This document shows, in pieces, positions 23,216-34,100 of a stretch of DNA of 40,348 bases (its first letter is position 1; the number at the start of each line of letters is the position of its first letter). The DNA is from a virus (taxonomy: Duplodnaviria; Caudoviricetes): positions 1-40,348 of the IMG/VR virus record IMGVR_UViG_3300020044_004040; one strand, given 5' to 3'. Under the pieces are notes generated by a model. The model worked only from the letters and a program-made list of their open reading frames with translations, was not told the DNA's origin and did not search any database. Both the position numbers and the translations under genes were made by a program.

Positions 23216-23796
23216 AAGTCATCTACCTCTTCTTCTCTAAGATCAGAGTACGAAGGGAACTGTGTGACCAAGTTCGGCTGTGTAACAAAACAGTTACTGT
23301 CTACATTTTCAAGACGTAACCCAATATCTATGTACCACTCGTATCCATCTAACTTGCGGATAAAGTAATCCATCTTATCTGGCCTTAGACAATAAGCCTG
23401 AGTACCTGTGCTCATTACTTGCTTAAACCAATACGGGTTATTGATACTAGCTACCCGACCTGTGTTCTTAGGAAGTAATACTCCCAAGTAGAATATGTCC
23501 CACCCATTAGGCAGGTGCTGCATTACGTGTTCAAACTTGTCATTAAAGTTATCACAGAACAAAGCATCATCTTCTAGTACTAAAACCTTTTGGCCTTTGT
23601 ACTTCTTCCAGACTGCTACGTGACTCATAGTTCCAGCCACGTAAGGCTTAACGTCTAGCTCTTTAGCATCTATCGCACTGAATCGTTCATACTCGATACC
23701 CAACTCTTCAAGCTGAGGTACAAGCTTTTCCATACGATCTGGCCTGCGGTCTAAGTTAATGACCACTACTCTGTCAAAGTAATCGTTTACTTTCAT
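23212..23796 (-). CDS. Glycosyltransferase family 25
   Basis: VINLDRRPDR, FSAID, SH..VW, VLEDD, WDIFYLG, T.AY. Confidence 0.88.
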   Translation of the reverse strand: MKVNDYFDRVVVINLDRRPDRMEKLVPQLEELGIEYERFSAIDAKELDVKPYVAGTMSHVAVWKKYKGQKVLVLEDDALFCDNFNDKFEHVMQHLPNGWDIFYLGVLLPKNTGRVASINNPYWFKQVMSTGTQAYCLRPDKMDYFIRKLDGYEWYIDIGLRLENVDSNCFVTQPNLVTQFPSYSDLREEEVDDF

Positions 23797-23802
23797 ATTG
23801 AC

Positions 23803-23808
23803 AGTATA
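23803..23808 (-). promoter_or_regulatory. -10 element of a leaderless promoter for the glycosyltransferase pair
   Basis: TATACT, 6 nt, then ATG at 23796; no SD in the 19-nt intergenic gap. Confidence 0.55.
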
Positions 23809-23815
23809 GCTTAAG

Positions 23816-25196
<1,381 letters not shown>

Positions 25197-25197
<1 letters not shown>

Positions 25198-25487
25198 TAT
25201 GAAAGCACCTGACGCAGAGCTGCCGCTGGCTCAAGCTGGGTAGTACCAGCGATAGCGTTGCAGACTCCTGCTATATCTAACCATTGGCTTCTATCTGTTA
25301 CACCGTTGATAAGGTTAAGTACACCTACCAAGTCTGTGATACCGTCTAACGATACTGACTTAGCTGCAGCCCAAGCCTGTGCTGCTCCTGCCTGATCCAG
25401 ATAATCTTGGCGAGCAGGATAGGTGCCACCGTTTGCTAGACGATTTAATTCGTCATTGAGTGTTGACCCGTATGTTCCTAATGGCAC
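25197..25487 (-). CDS. Hypothetical structural-region protein
   Basis: 96 aa, RBS GGAG, coupled. Confidence 0.75.
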
Positions 25488-25497
25488 CTACTCCACC

Positions 25498-25659
25498 TCA
25501 CTTCTTCTTATTTGATACTGCTGCGTTGTCTACTAAGTTCGGGTACTTTCTACCGTTTGCCTTAGCTCTAGCTTTGGCTGCTTTAATTTGTTCTGGGGTT
25601 AACTTTTTTGAAGTCTTCTTAGGATTCTTTGTATCCCAAAATGCAACTTTCTTCTTCAT
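25498..25659 (-). CDS. Small basic protein (53 aa)
   Basis: MKKKVAFWD...AKARAKANGRKYPNLVDN; TAATG coupling. Confidence 0.7.
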   Translation of the reverse strand: MKKKVAFWDTKNPKKTSKKLTPEQIKAAKARAKANGRKYPNLVDNAAVSNKKK

Positions 25660-25919
25660 TAACAATCCCACTTTCGTAGTGCAAGGGCCTTGCGTGTTGG
25701 CTTACCCTTTTCATCTTTTAGCGGACCTTTAGATCCGCCCATACGAGCACAAAATGATTTGCGTCGTGCGGCAGCTTTAGGTGAATCCTTTGCCTGCTTA
25801 GCAGACACAGGTGGCTTAAGGTTACTGCCTTGTGCTTTAGCACTGGCGCGCCCCTTAGCGTTTAATCCACCCTTTGGGTCTTGACCCTCTTTGCGTTGCC
25901 ACGCTGGAGTCTTTGGCAT
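25659..25919 (-). CDS. Small basic protein (DUF6321-like)
   Basis: AWQRKEG..PKGGLNAKGR...RRKSFCARM...LRKWDC. Confidence 0.75.
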   Translation of the reverse strand: MPKTPAWQRKEGQDPKGGLNAKGRASAKAQGSNLKPPVSAKQAKDSPKAAARRKSFCARMGGSKGPLKDEKGKPTRKALALRKWDC

Positions 25920-26030
25920 TTAGGCCTCAGACTTCTCGGTAAGCTCGTTCTTGTAAGTCATCTCGCCCTTACCAGCACCTGTTTCAATATCATCATATGT
26001 TGCATAACCGCAACCGCATACAGCACACAT
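25920..26030 (-). CDS. Small CxxCGC protein (36 aa)
   Basis: MCAVCGCGYATYDD; coupled to neighbours. Confidence 0.6.
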   Translation of the reverse strand: MCAVCGCGYATYDDIETGAGKGEMTYKNELTEKSEA

Positions 26031-26194
26031 TACTTGCTCACCGATTTCTTTCCACCACTGAAGGTTGCCTTAGATCCTGACTTAACTACTGGCTCTCCAC
26101 CGATAGGCATAGAAGCAGGAATACCAGCGGTAGATCCCATTCCGTAGCCTTTGTCATTAGTAGACTCAGCGGCATTTCCTTTATCTGTATTCAT
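26030..26194 (-). CDS. Small low-complexity protein
   Basis: MNTDKGNAAES...; RBS AAGGAG before ATG 26194. Confidence 0.65.
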   Translation of the reverse strand: MNTDKGNAAESTNDKGYGMGSTAGIPASMPIGGEPVVKSGSKATFSGGKKSVSK

Positions 26195-26207
26195 ATTTGC
26201 TCCTTGT

Positions 26208-26468
26208 TTATAGTGCATTGCCATTGAACGCAACACCGGTATCATTTGATAAACGGACTGCTGCATCAATATCTTTTGTCTTTGTAGATATTGGTTCTAC
26301 TCCTTGACGTATGGCGTCATAGTAAGAACCTAATTCTTTGTCGTGCTGTCTAGCACTCATCACTCCATCGTGGCGAGCATCTCCTCTAGACAGCTGAAGT
26401 GTTCCTAGCTTGCACCCGAAGCAACCTTCTACTTCTACTGGGTGTACCTGCTTACGATGTAATGTCAT
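26208..26468 (-). CDS. Hypothetical protein
   Basis: H...HP...GCFGCK motif; ATGA coupling. Confidence 0.75.
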   Translation of the reverse strand: MTLHRKQVHPVEVEGCFGCKLGTLQLSRGDARHDGVMSARQHDKELGSYYDAIRQGVEPISTKTKDIDAAVRLSNDTGVAFNGNAL

Positions 26469-26791
26469 ATGATTGGCTCCACGTAATCTCCATAGCCTGC
26501 TGCAATAAGAACTGCAGCTTGCTCATCTGTTATCTCTTGTGTATGCCCACCCAAGACGTACCAGTCTGCGTCAGCTAAATCATTCTGATATGGATACAGT
26601 GTTGTAGTAACTGTAGATCCGTTAACGATGAAGGTAACACCACGAGCTATATCGGTAAGGTAAGGGTTGATCTCACCTTCGTATGTACCACCTACAATGG
26701 GACGACCTGATAGACGTGAGTACTTATCTGGCCAGGGCTTGCCTGCTCCCCAGGTCTGATACTCCCAAGGTGTTGTTGCTTGATATGCCAT
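26465..26791 (-). CDS. Hypothetical protein downstream of the capsid gene
   Basis: 108 aa, RBS AAGGAG, ends LIAAGYG. Confidence 0.8.
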   Translation of the reverse strand: MAYQATTPWEYQTWGAGKPWPDKYSRLSGRPIVGGTYEGEINPYLTDIARGVTFIVNGSTVTTTLYPYQNDLADADWYVLGGHTQEITDEQAAVLIAAGYGDYVEPII

Positions 26792-26816
26792 TAGTTCTCC
26801 TTAGTGAACTTACCCA

Positions 26817-26840
26817 GTGACAGGGGTTGCCCCCTGCCAC
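26817..26840 (-). terminator. Stable hairpin after the capsid gene (terminator or mRNA stabiliser)
   Basis: GTGGCAGGGG-GCAA-CCCCTGTCAC; GNRA loop, no U-tract. Confidence 0.6.
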
Positions 26841-26858
26841 CGTGTCAATCAACTACGA

Positions 26859-27794
26859 TTAACCGTTTGTTGCTGCAGTTTCAATGCGGTAGAGTGCTGC
26901 CTGACGGAGAAGGTTGAATCCTCCGAAGTAGTACCAACCGATTGTGTGGTAGCGACGCAATGCGTCAATCTGAGGACCGACAACTGTTGAGATGTCTTGT
27001 CCCTGAGCTTCTGCAAGAGCTTCACGACCAGCGATAACAGCCTTGTAGACGTTAACTGCTGGTGATGCAGCGTTAGCTGCGAACGGTACACGTGGTGTTT
27101 CGACGACGAATGCGCCTTCGATAACGCCGACTGCGCCAGCCACGAATGGTGTGCGGTCTGTGAACTTTGAGAGGTCCTGGAATCCACCTGTACCTGTTTC
27201 AGCGCGGAGATCCGCAGTCTGACGTGGGTGTAGGTATGCTGCGTAGAGTTCGCCAATGCGTGGAAGCGCCTTGTTTGTGCGAAGTTCTGTAACAGCCTCA
27301 CGGATGTCCTGAACAGTCATCTTCATTGCTGAAGTGATTGTGTTAGTTGTTGTTGCTGTGCCTGCATAGATTACGTTTGAACCTGATGTAAGTACAGAAG
27401 CAACTACAGCGTCAATAGAATCTGCTGCGTTGTAAGCGATGATGTCAGCAAGAGCTGCGTCAACATCGTTGAAAGAAGTCATATTGAGCTTCTTAGTTGT
27501 TGTTACGGCTGAGCCGTACTCGTTGAGTGTTACAGTAATCTGGTTTGGATTACCGAGTGCGATTGAAGATACATCTGATGCTTCTGTCAAAGTCGTTGTC
27601 GCCTGAGCGAGGTCTGAATAGATCGAGAATACAACTGATGAACCTGGCATCGCCTGCTGTACTGGCTTAACATCTGCAAGAGCGCGCATTACTGGAATGC
27701 TACGAAGTGCCATACGAACGTACTGATCATACGCTGTTTGGACGAGATTGCTAATTGCGGATGTGCCGGTCAGCGTACCTTGTGGAATTGCCAT
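26859..27794 (-). CDS. Major capsid protein (N4-gp56-like, HK97 fold)
   Basis: 311 aa; LxEYG, YxAxxHP...DL, GVIEGAFVVET, IGWY; follows scaffold; highly biased codons. Confidence 0.9.
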   Translation of the reverse strand: MAIPQGTLTGTSAISNLVQTAYDQYVRMALRSIPVMRALADVKPVQQAMPGSSVVFSIYSDLAQATTTLTEASDVSSIALGNPNQITVTLNEYGSAVTTTKKLNMTSFNDVDAALADIIAYNAADSIDAVVASVLTSGSNVIYAGTATTTNTITSAMKMTVQDIREAVTELRTNKALPRIGELYAAYLHPRQTADLRAETGTGGFQDLSKFTDRTPFVAGAVGVIEGAFVVETPRVPFAANAASPAVNVYKAVIAGREALAEAQGQDISTVVGPQIDALRRYHTIGWYYFGGFNLLRQAALYRIETAATNG

Positions 27795-27817
27795 TTAGGT
27801 TGTTGCCTTTCGGTTAG

Positions 27818-28291
27818 TTAGAGTCCAGATTGGCGAATTACTTCGTCAAGCTCTTCTTTCGAATTTGCAGACATAAGGCGACGCATAATGTCATCTGAAG
27901 CATCAGGGGTTAGCCCTTGCTCAGTAACACTGTTCATCTTCTTATATGCTGCTGCTTGCGCCGGATCAACGCTTGCCTGGTTGGATTCAGTGGTAGAGAA
28001 GCCGAAGACATCTCCGTTTTCATCTAGCCACTTAGACAATGACTCCTCAGTTGGGTCAATGTCCGTCGGAATAAATTTAGCAATTTTGCTATTTACTCCA
28101 CGAGATTCGAGGGCGTCTTTAATGGCTCGCTCTCTGTTAGCTTTGGATATAGATTCAAACTGGGAACGTAGTTCCTGTAGTTCCTTATCCTTTTGCTTTG
28201 CTGCTTTACGCAGTTGTTTGACGAGATCATTTCCTTCATTTACCGGTGTGGTAAAATCGTCTTCGTCGTCCTCGTACTCGAAATTGGACAT
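27818..28291 (-). CDS. Capsid scaffolding protein
   Basis: Acidic N-terminus, coiled coil, immediately upstream of the capsid gene. Confidence 0.75.
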   Translation of the reverse strand: MSNFEYEDDEDDFTTPVNEGNDLVKQLRKAAKQKDKELQELRSQFESISKANRERAIKDALESRGVNSKIAKFIPTDIDPTEESLSKWLDENGDVFGFSTTESNQASVDPAQAAAYKKMNSVTEQGLTPDASDDIMRRLMSANSKEELDEVIRQSGL

Positions 28292-28297
28292 AGTCCA

Positions 28298-28405
28298 TCT
28301 CCCATTCGTTTAGTTGAATCGCAGACCTCATATAGCTTTGGGGATTACTATGTGGCTTCTGCTACCGGTGTTGTTGTCGCTCCACTAGGCCGGTGGTTCT
28401 AGTGG
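28298..28405 (-). promoter_or_regulatory. Structured 5' leader of the scaffold/capsid genes
   Basis: CCACTAG/CTAGTGG hairpin whose loop ACCGG can pair with downstream CCGGT; second long hairpin with ATCCCC loop; SD GGGAGA. Confidence 0.55.
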
Positions 28406-28415
28406 CAGGTTTAGT

Positions 28416-29597
28416 TTAGTAAGCCCCAGCTCCTGTTTGGCTGTTGGCTCTATCGCGGCTCAAGGCCCCGACTCCTGAAGAACCGCTAAATGCTGCGGTT
28501 TCCAATCCTGTTAATTTTCTGCGCTTCTTGGCAGCTTCTGCTGCTCCTGCTGTACCAAAGACTTCGGCTTCAGCTGTCTGCTGTGTGTAAGGTTGTTCAC
28601 CATAAATATCAGCAAGTTGTGAGCCACGTGGAAGCATCTCTGCTACGTTGGTGTACCCAGCTTGAGCCTGAGCCTTGGTAATACCTTGGCCAGCTAATGA
28701 CTCAGCTGTACCGCCAAGGGCTTGTAGACCCTGAGCAAGTGCTGCTCCACCAATCTCAGCTGCAGTAACCTTACGGTTAATATCTTGGATAGCATTCTTA
28801 GGATCAAGAGTGTATGCAAGAATGTCTGCGTTGCTAATATCAGGATAGAACTGACGAAGAGCCTTGAGGACTTCTGGGTTTGTGTTGAGCACACGCTTCT
28901 GAGCTGTTGCTACTCTGTCTTCTAACTCAGCGTCATCAACGTCAGAAGCTATAAGCTTGTCAAAACCAGATTGCTTACCTGTAGGGTCTTTTGTGTAGTA
29001 AGAAGCTGGTAGTCCATATTGACGCATAATGTTCTGGTAGGCGTTTTCTTTAGAAATATATTCAGCCGGAGTAAGAGCACGCAAGCCAGCCTTGATACGA
29101 TCTTGGTTTGCAGAAAAACGTTTTTGATAAGCTTCTGTATTTGCAAGAGCTAATTTCATTTGACTAACAGGAGTCTTATTAATAAGAAGGTCACGTGCAT
29201 CTGTTATTAAGGATTCTAGTCCATACTTAGCAAACTCTTCACGAAGAATGTCGAAGGCGCTAATGCGTTCTTTCATCTCATTGTCGTCAGTATCACTACC
29301 ACCACCACCGCCACCGCCACCACCGCTTGGCATAGCTTCAACCTTTAGACCTGCAATAAGCTCGTCTGACTCTGCTTTGCTTTTAGCAGACTCTTCTTTA
29401 AGTTTTGAAAGTGCGTCTTCGTTAACGCTTCTTCCTTCAAGAATGCCAAGTAACTTATTGATTTCAGCTTCATCAAAATTAGAAGTTGTTTTTTTAGGGA
29501 CGACTGGCTTAGATGCAGGCTTTTTTACCACTGGTGGTTTCTTAACTACCGGTGGCTTCTTAGCCTTTGACATACCTTCTTCTGGTGCTATAGCCAT
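28416..29597 (-). CDS. Putative internal virion/ejection protein
   Basis: 393 aa, Ala/Gly/Gln-rich helical; KKPPVV repeats and poly-Gly; position. Confidence 0.55.
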   Translation of the reverse strand: MAIAPEEGMSKAKKPPVVKKPPVVKKPASKPVVPKKTTSNFDEAEINKLLGILEGRSVNEDALSKLKEESAKSKAESDELIAGLKVEAMPSGGGGGGGGGSDTDDNEMKERISAFDILREEFAKYGLESLITDARDLLINKTPVSQMKLALANTEAYQKRFSANQDRIKAGLRALTPAEYISKENAYQNIMRQYGLPASYYTKDPTGKQSGFDKLIASDVDDAELEDRVATAQKRVLNTNPEVLKALRQFYPDISNADILAYTLDPKNAIQDINRKVTAAEIGGAALAQGLQALGGTAESLAGQGITKAQAQAGYTNVAEMLPRGSQLADIYGEQPYTQQTAEAEVFGTAGAAEAAKKRRKLTGLETAAFSGSSGVGALSRDRANSQTGAGAY

Positions 29598-29599
29598 AG

Positions 29600-31147
29600 T
29601 TACCCCATAAATCCAAAGTCTTGTAAGACTTTAGTAGCAATAGTGGCCGCTTCAGAGCGAGCCTGGTCTGTGTACTGCCAACGATCATCTCGTCGTAGCG
29701 TTTTTTCAAAGTCGTAGGTAGACATTTCTTTATCGGGTCCAATAGCTTGACGTAGCGTTGGGTCGTTAAGTTTGATTGACTCAACTGGAAGTTCCAATAC
29801 TGCTGCCATTGTGGTTCTGTATGGTGAGTAGATTGTGGCAAGGTCCGTTCCTTCTGCAATCATTTTCTTAATTGATTCAGGCTGACCAACAGATGCTATG
29901 TTTCGGATAGTGCGCTTAACGGCATCTAAACTGCCACCGTTCTCAATCTGTCTTACCCATTCATCTACTTGTTTTGGATCTATGAATAGTCCATTATCAC
30001 CGAGTGACTCAATAATATCTTCACGAGTTCCACCAGCTTTTTCAGCCTTCTTGGTTTTAAACTCTTCTAAAGATTGAGCCTTATCAGTGATCCATTGTCC
30101 TACATCAAGACCTGTTATAGTCTGACGTACACCGTTGACTATCTTCTGCTTGGTAGGGTTTGCAGCCTGCGCTTTAATCAGTTGTGGATATAGTTTTTTG
30201 ATTTCAGCAGGTGTTGCATCACGACCAAGTTCGTTTTGGAAAATTTGGTTAATTGCACTTTTTGCCTGTGACTCAGATGAGATGGTTGCAAAAGCGTCAG
30301 GAGCAGCTGGACCACCAGCTCCCCCAGCTCCGCCAGATATTGCACCAGCACCAGGAGTTGTTAAGAAGGAACGGAAGTCAGATCCACGCCAAGCTTCTGG
30401 CAGGTTAGCACGCGCATCATAAGCGCGTTGTAGTGAAGGAAGGAACAGCGCAGATGGGCTTCCATCTACAGGACCGGTATAACCAAAGTTCTTTTGTAAA
30501 TCCTTTTGAACATCAATAAGTAATTGCTTGTTCTTTGGATCAGTAACAAGAGCAATGAACTCAGTAGGAGTTGGCTCCTTGACTGGCTTGCCATCAGCGC
30601 CAGCTTTTCCAGCCTCAGCTTCAATAACTGGGATTTCAATCTGAGCTGGTGGTAGCGCACTTTTAGGAGTTACGCCAGCGTCTACTGCTGTCTTAAAAGC
30701 TGCTTCAGCTTTGCGGTAAGCTTCGATATATCTCTCTTGGCCCTTGTATCCTTCGATACCCAGCTCAGCCTTGTTAAGTTCTTCAAGAGCTTTATCATAG
30801 ACATTGCCAGCGCCTTTAGCTGTAGCTGCCTTAGTCTTCTTTTCAGTTTCTTCTTTTTTAAGATTTTTAAGCTCTTTGTTTAAAGCGTTCTTCTGATCCT
30901 GAAACTTCTTGTAGGTTACTTCAGCTGCTTTGATTTCATCAGTAAGTCGCTTGATGTCTTCTCTTGCTTCAGCTTTAGCACGATCAAATGAGTTTTTATC
31001 AGCAAGGATTCTTTTAGCTCTAGAAAGCTCGTTATAGAGTCCTTTACCCGCTCCAGCGCCAGCACCGTTAAGAGCATCATAGGCTTCACGTGTTTTCTCA
31101 GAAATAACTTCAAGCTCTTGCTGAAGCTGTTCTTTACTCTTAGCCAT
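29600..31147 (-). CDS. Putative internal virion/ejection protein
   Basis: 515 aa, coiled-coil N-half. Confidence 0.55.
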   Translation of the reverse strand: MAKSKEQLQQELEVISEKTREAYDALNGAGAGAGKGLYNELSRAKRILADKNSFDRAKAEAREDIKRLTDEIKAAEVTYKKFQDQKNALNKELKNLKKEETEKKTKAATAKGAGNVYDKALEELNKAELGIEGYKGQERYIEAYRKAEAAFKTAVDAGVTPKSALPPAQIEIPVIEAEAGKAGADGKPVKEPTPTEFIALVTDPKNKQLLIDVQKDLQKNFGYTGPVDGSPSALFLPSLQRAYDARANLPEAWRGSDFRSFLTTPGAGAISGGAGGAGGPAAPDAFATISSESQAKSAINQIFQNELGRDATPAEIKKLYPQLIKAQAANPTKQKIVNGVRQTITGLDVGQWITDKAQSLEEFKTKKAEKAGGTREDIIESLGDNGLFIDPKQVDEWVRQIENGGSLDAVKRTIRNIASVGQPESIKKMIAEGTDLATIYSPYRTTMAAVLELPVESIKLNDPTLRQAIGPDKEMSTYDFEKTLRRDDRWQYTDQARSEAATIATKVLQDFGFMG

Positions 31148-34100
31148 TTAATCTCCTAGCAATCTTCCAAATAGAACATCGTATGCTGCTTTTGTGTTTT
31201 CGTTGTACTCAGACAACTCTCGTAATTTAACAATAGTTTCCTGCTTAAGCATCTTTTGAAAACTTGAACTACCACCAAATTGCTCGTAGCTGTCCTTGGA
31301 TGTCTTGTAATCTTCATAGACATTCATCATATCTCTAAGAGCTGATTCAGTATTTGGACGCACTCTAATATCTGCATCAAGCATTGCTTTGAGTTCATCG
31401 AGGGTACGAAGGCGGTTGATAGCCTTCTGGCTACCCTCAGATAGTTCTTCTGCTACCAATGGACGTCCAGCAAAGAATGTTGTTTTCCAAGCATCGAACT
31501 CTTTGCGTAGTTGAGTACGCTCAAAGTCAACTGATGAGTTGGTTAGAGCTACTTCGAACTCTTCCTTCTTGGCATAATATTGCTGAAGATCTGATGCAGT
31601 CTGAACGTCACGCAGGTAATCCTCTACGCGCTTGTTCTTTACCAACCCACTGTCCTTGAGTGTCTTGTATGTATCCCAAGAGAACCCTGACTTGTGAGGA
31701 ATAAGGAATGCTCCAGCTGAAGGATAGTCCTTAAAGAGTTCACCGTTCTGGTCTACGAAAGTACCAGCTTCTTCTGAGTAGCGAAGAGGTGCAATACTCT
31801 TACGCTCAGATTCTGTAATTGTAAATGGAATCTGGTTAGGGTAAAGCTCTACCCACTTGGCCATAGCCTTGTCATACTCACCTGGGTACTGATCGAGCAG
31901 GTTGTTAAAGAGTTGCTTGAAGTTAGAACGACCATTATCAGAAATCCACTGTGCCATATCGGACTTAAGTTGCACTTGAGGAGAAGCAGGTGCAAAGAAT
32001 CCAAAGGCAAAGCGCATACCTAGAACCGACAAAGTAGTGTTCTTTACAGCTAAACGATACTCTTCTTGTTCTGCTGGTGTAGGAGGTATTAGGTTGCCTT
32101 CTTCGTCGTACTTCTTAGGAAGTCCATTACCTGATGCTTCTAGGTATGTAACAGCCTTGCGCCAAGCTGAGGCGTACTGAGAGTTACGCTCATCTGTATT
32201 CATAGCCGCGTACAGGCGGTTAATATGGGCAGGAAGGATTGCCGACAGAATCGGTTGATCTACAGAATACTTACCAAGAGCATAGCCCTTGATTGTATCT
32301 GCTGCACCTGGCGACCAGATATTTACTATCTGTGAAAGAGTAGTTACGCTGATACCGGCAAGAGGTCCAGAGAATGTTGGTATTAAAGAGTCTGGGTTCA
32401 GAGATGGTGTAAGCATCTTGACCTGTGCGCCAAATTCTACAGGGAACGGAGTCTTGAACTCAGATCCAATACCAATTCCATTAAGAGCTGTTTGAATAGC
32501 ATTGTAAACCGGAGCGATACCTGGATATACAAAGTAATCGTTACCCTGATCATCCTGCTGAATCCAACCTGAGTGTGTCACACCCTCGTAAGTAAGTGCA
32601 GCTTTAACGAGAGCTTCTGGGTTGTACTTGACTACTCGGTACATACGGCGATAAAAGTCTTCAGTGGCACGATAGAAACGTGCAAAGTTACGCAAAGAAA
32701 ATGCAAGCTGTGTACGAACCAAAGGGTTGTCCACATATGAAAGAGTTTGGCTAAGAGCACGTTCTTCTACAACAAGGGCTAAATCTTTCTTAGCACGTGC
32801 AGTAGCTGCAGCAATGCCACCAGTATTGTCAGGGTTGATACCCTTAGTATAGGAAGCTATCCACGCGTCTTCAAAACCACTCTTCTTAAACTGCTTACGG
32901 ATGTTAACCATTTCTTGAAGAACGATTGGTTGACGTGACATACGTGCGTTAGCAAGACCAAGGAAGGTCCAGTTGTTAGCCATTATGCTAGAAGTGATAC
33001 GTTCAGCTTCAACAGCTGGTACTAATGTTGGGCCAATAATAACAGCAGGAATATCATCTGGGTTTGTTGGCAAATCATCAAGTGTTAGATTGCCAGAAAC
33101 CTTCCAGTTGCCTGCTTCATCTTTAACACGAATCTTGTTAAGAAGTTCTTCATTAAGACTCTTATCGCGCTTTACAAACAAATCTCTAGCACGGTTAAAG
33201 TTAAGCGTTGCTATCTCTTGGGCGCTCATATTGTTAGATAGGCGTGCGTCGTCAAGAAACTTTCTACCAGCTTTAGTGCCTGTCATCCAAGCAACCATAT
33301 TACCAACTGCAAGCTTCTGGTTATCGAGGTTAGCTACAGCCATTGTTGACATTTCATCATTAGCATAGCGGGACATAGAGAACATCCAAGAAACCATAGA
33401 TGCTTCATCAAGCTGGTTAAGAGCTTGATAGTCAAATGCTCGCTCGCCTGGCTTCTTTACAAAAGTCTTGCCAGCTGGTGCTGAGTAAGTCAAAGCGTGA
33501 ACGCTTGTACCTGTCTGACGCTCAAGGTTGGTAGCACGTGTAATATAGTCATTGCCAGTAACCATATTAAGGCCACCTTCTGATGCTACAGAAATAGCGT
33601 TCTCAAGATCTCCGTCAAGAATCTGCTCACGCAAGATTGCTGCTTCTTCTTGGTTCATTGGCTTCATACCAAGCTGAGCACGCCAGCGGTTTAAACGACC
33701 AGATGTAAGCGTTGCAGCAAATATCTCACGAGCTTGAGCTGTGATACCACCCTTGAGGCTCTTTTCAATTTCATCAATCTTAGATGTAATGATGGCTGTA
33801 GAAGCTTCATCTTTAAGACCTTGAGCTGCGCTAAGTTCTTTACGAAGAATAGCAAGCTGTGCCTGTCCTGTGTCAAACTTATTCTTAAGAGCTGTTAGTT
33901 CAGCAGCGGTGGCATCAACTTCTTTCTTGTTTGCCATACGCATTACCATACCGAGTGGGTTATTAAACCAAGTGTTTTTTCCTTCTACCTTGTTTACTGC
34001 CTGAAGGTAGGTGTTGATACGTGTAGAAAGCATACGGTTCTTGGCAATACCCCAAGGTGACATACCAATAGCAAGGTTAACCATAAGGTCTTCGCCTGCG

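Noticed and set aside
26849-27301. 150-aa alternative-frame ORF inside the capsid gene
   Set aside because: No RBS or slippery site; expected from biased codon usage
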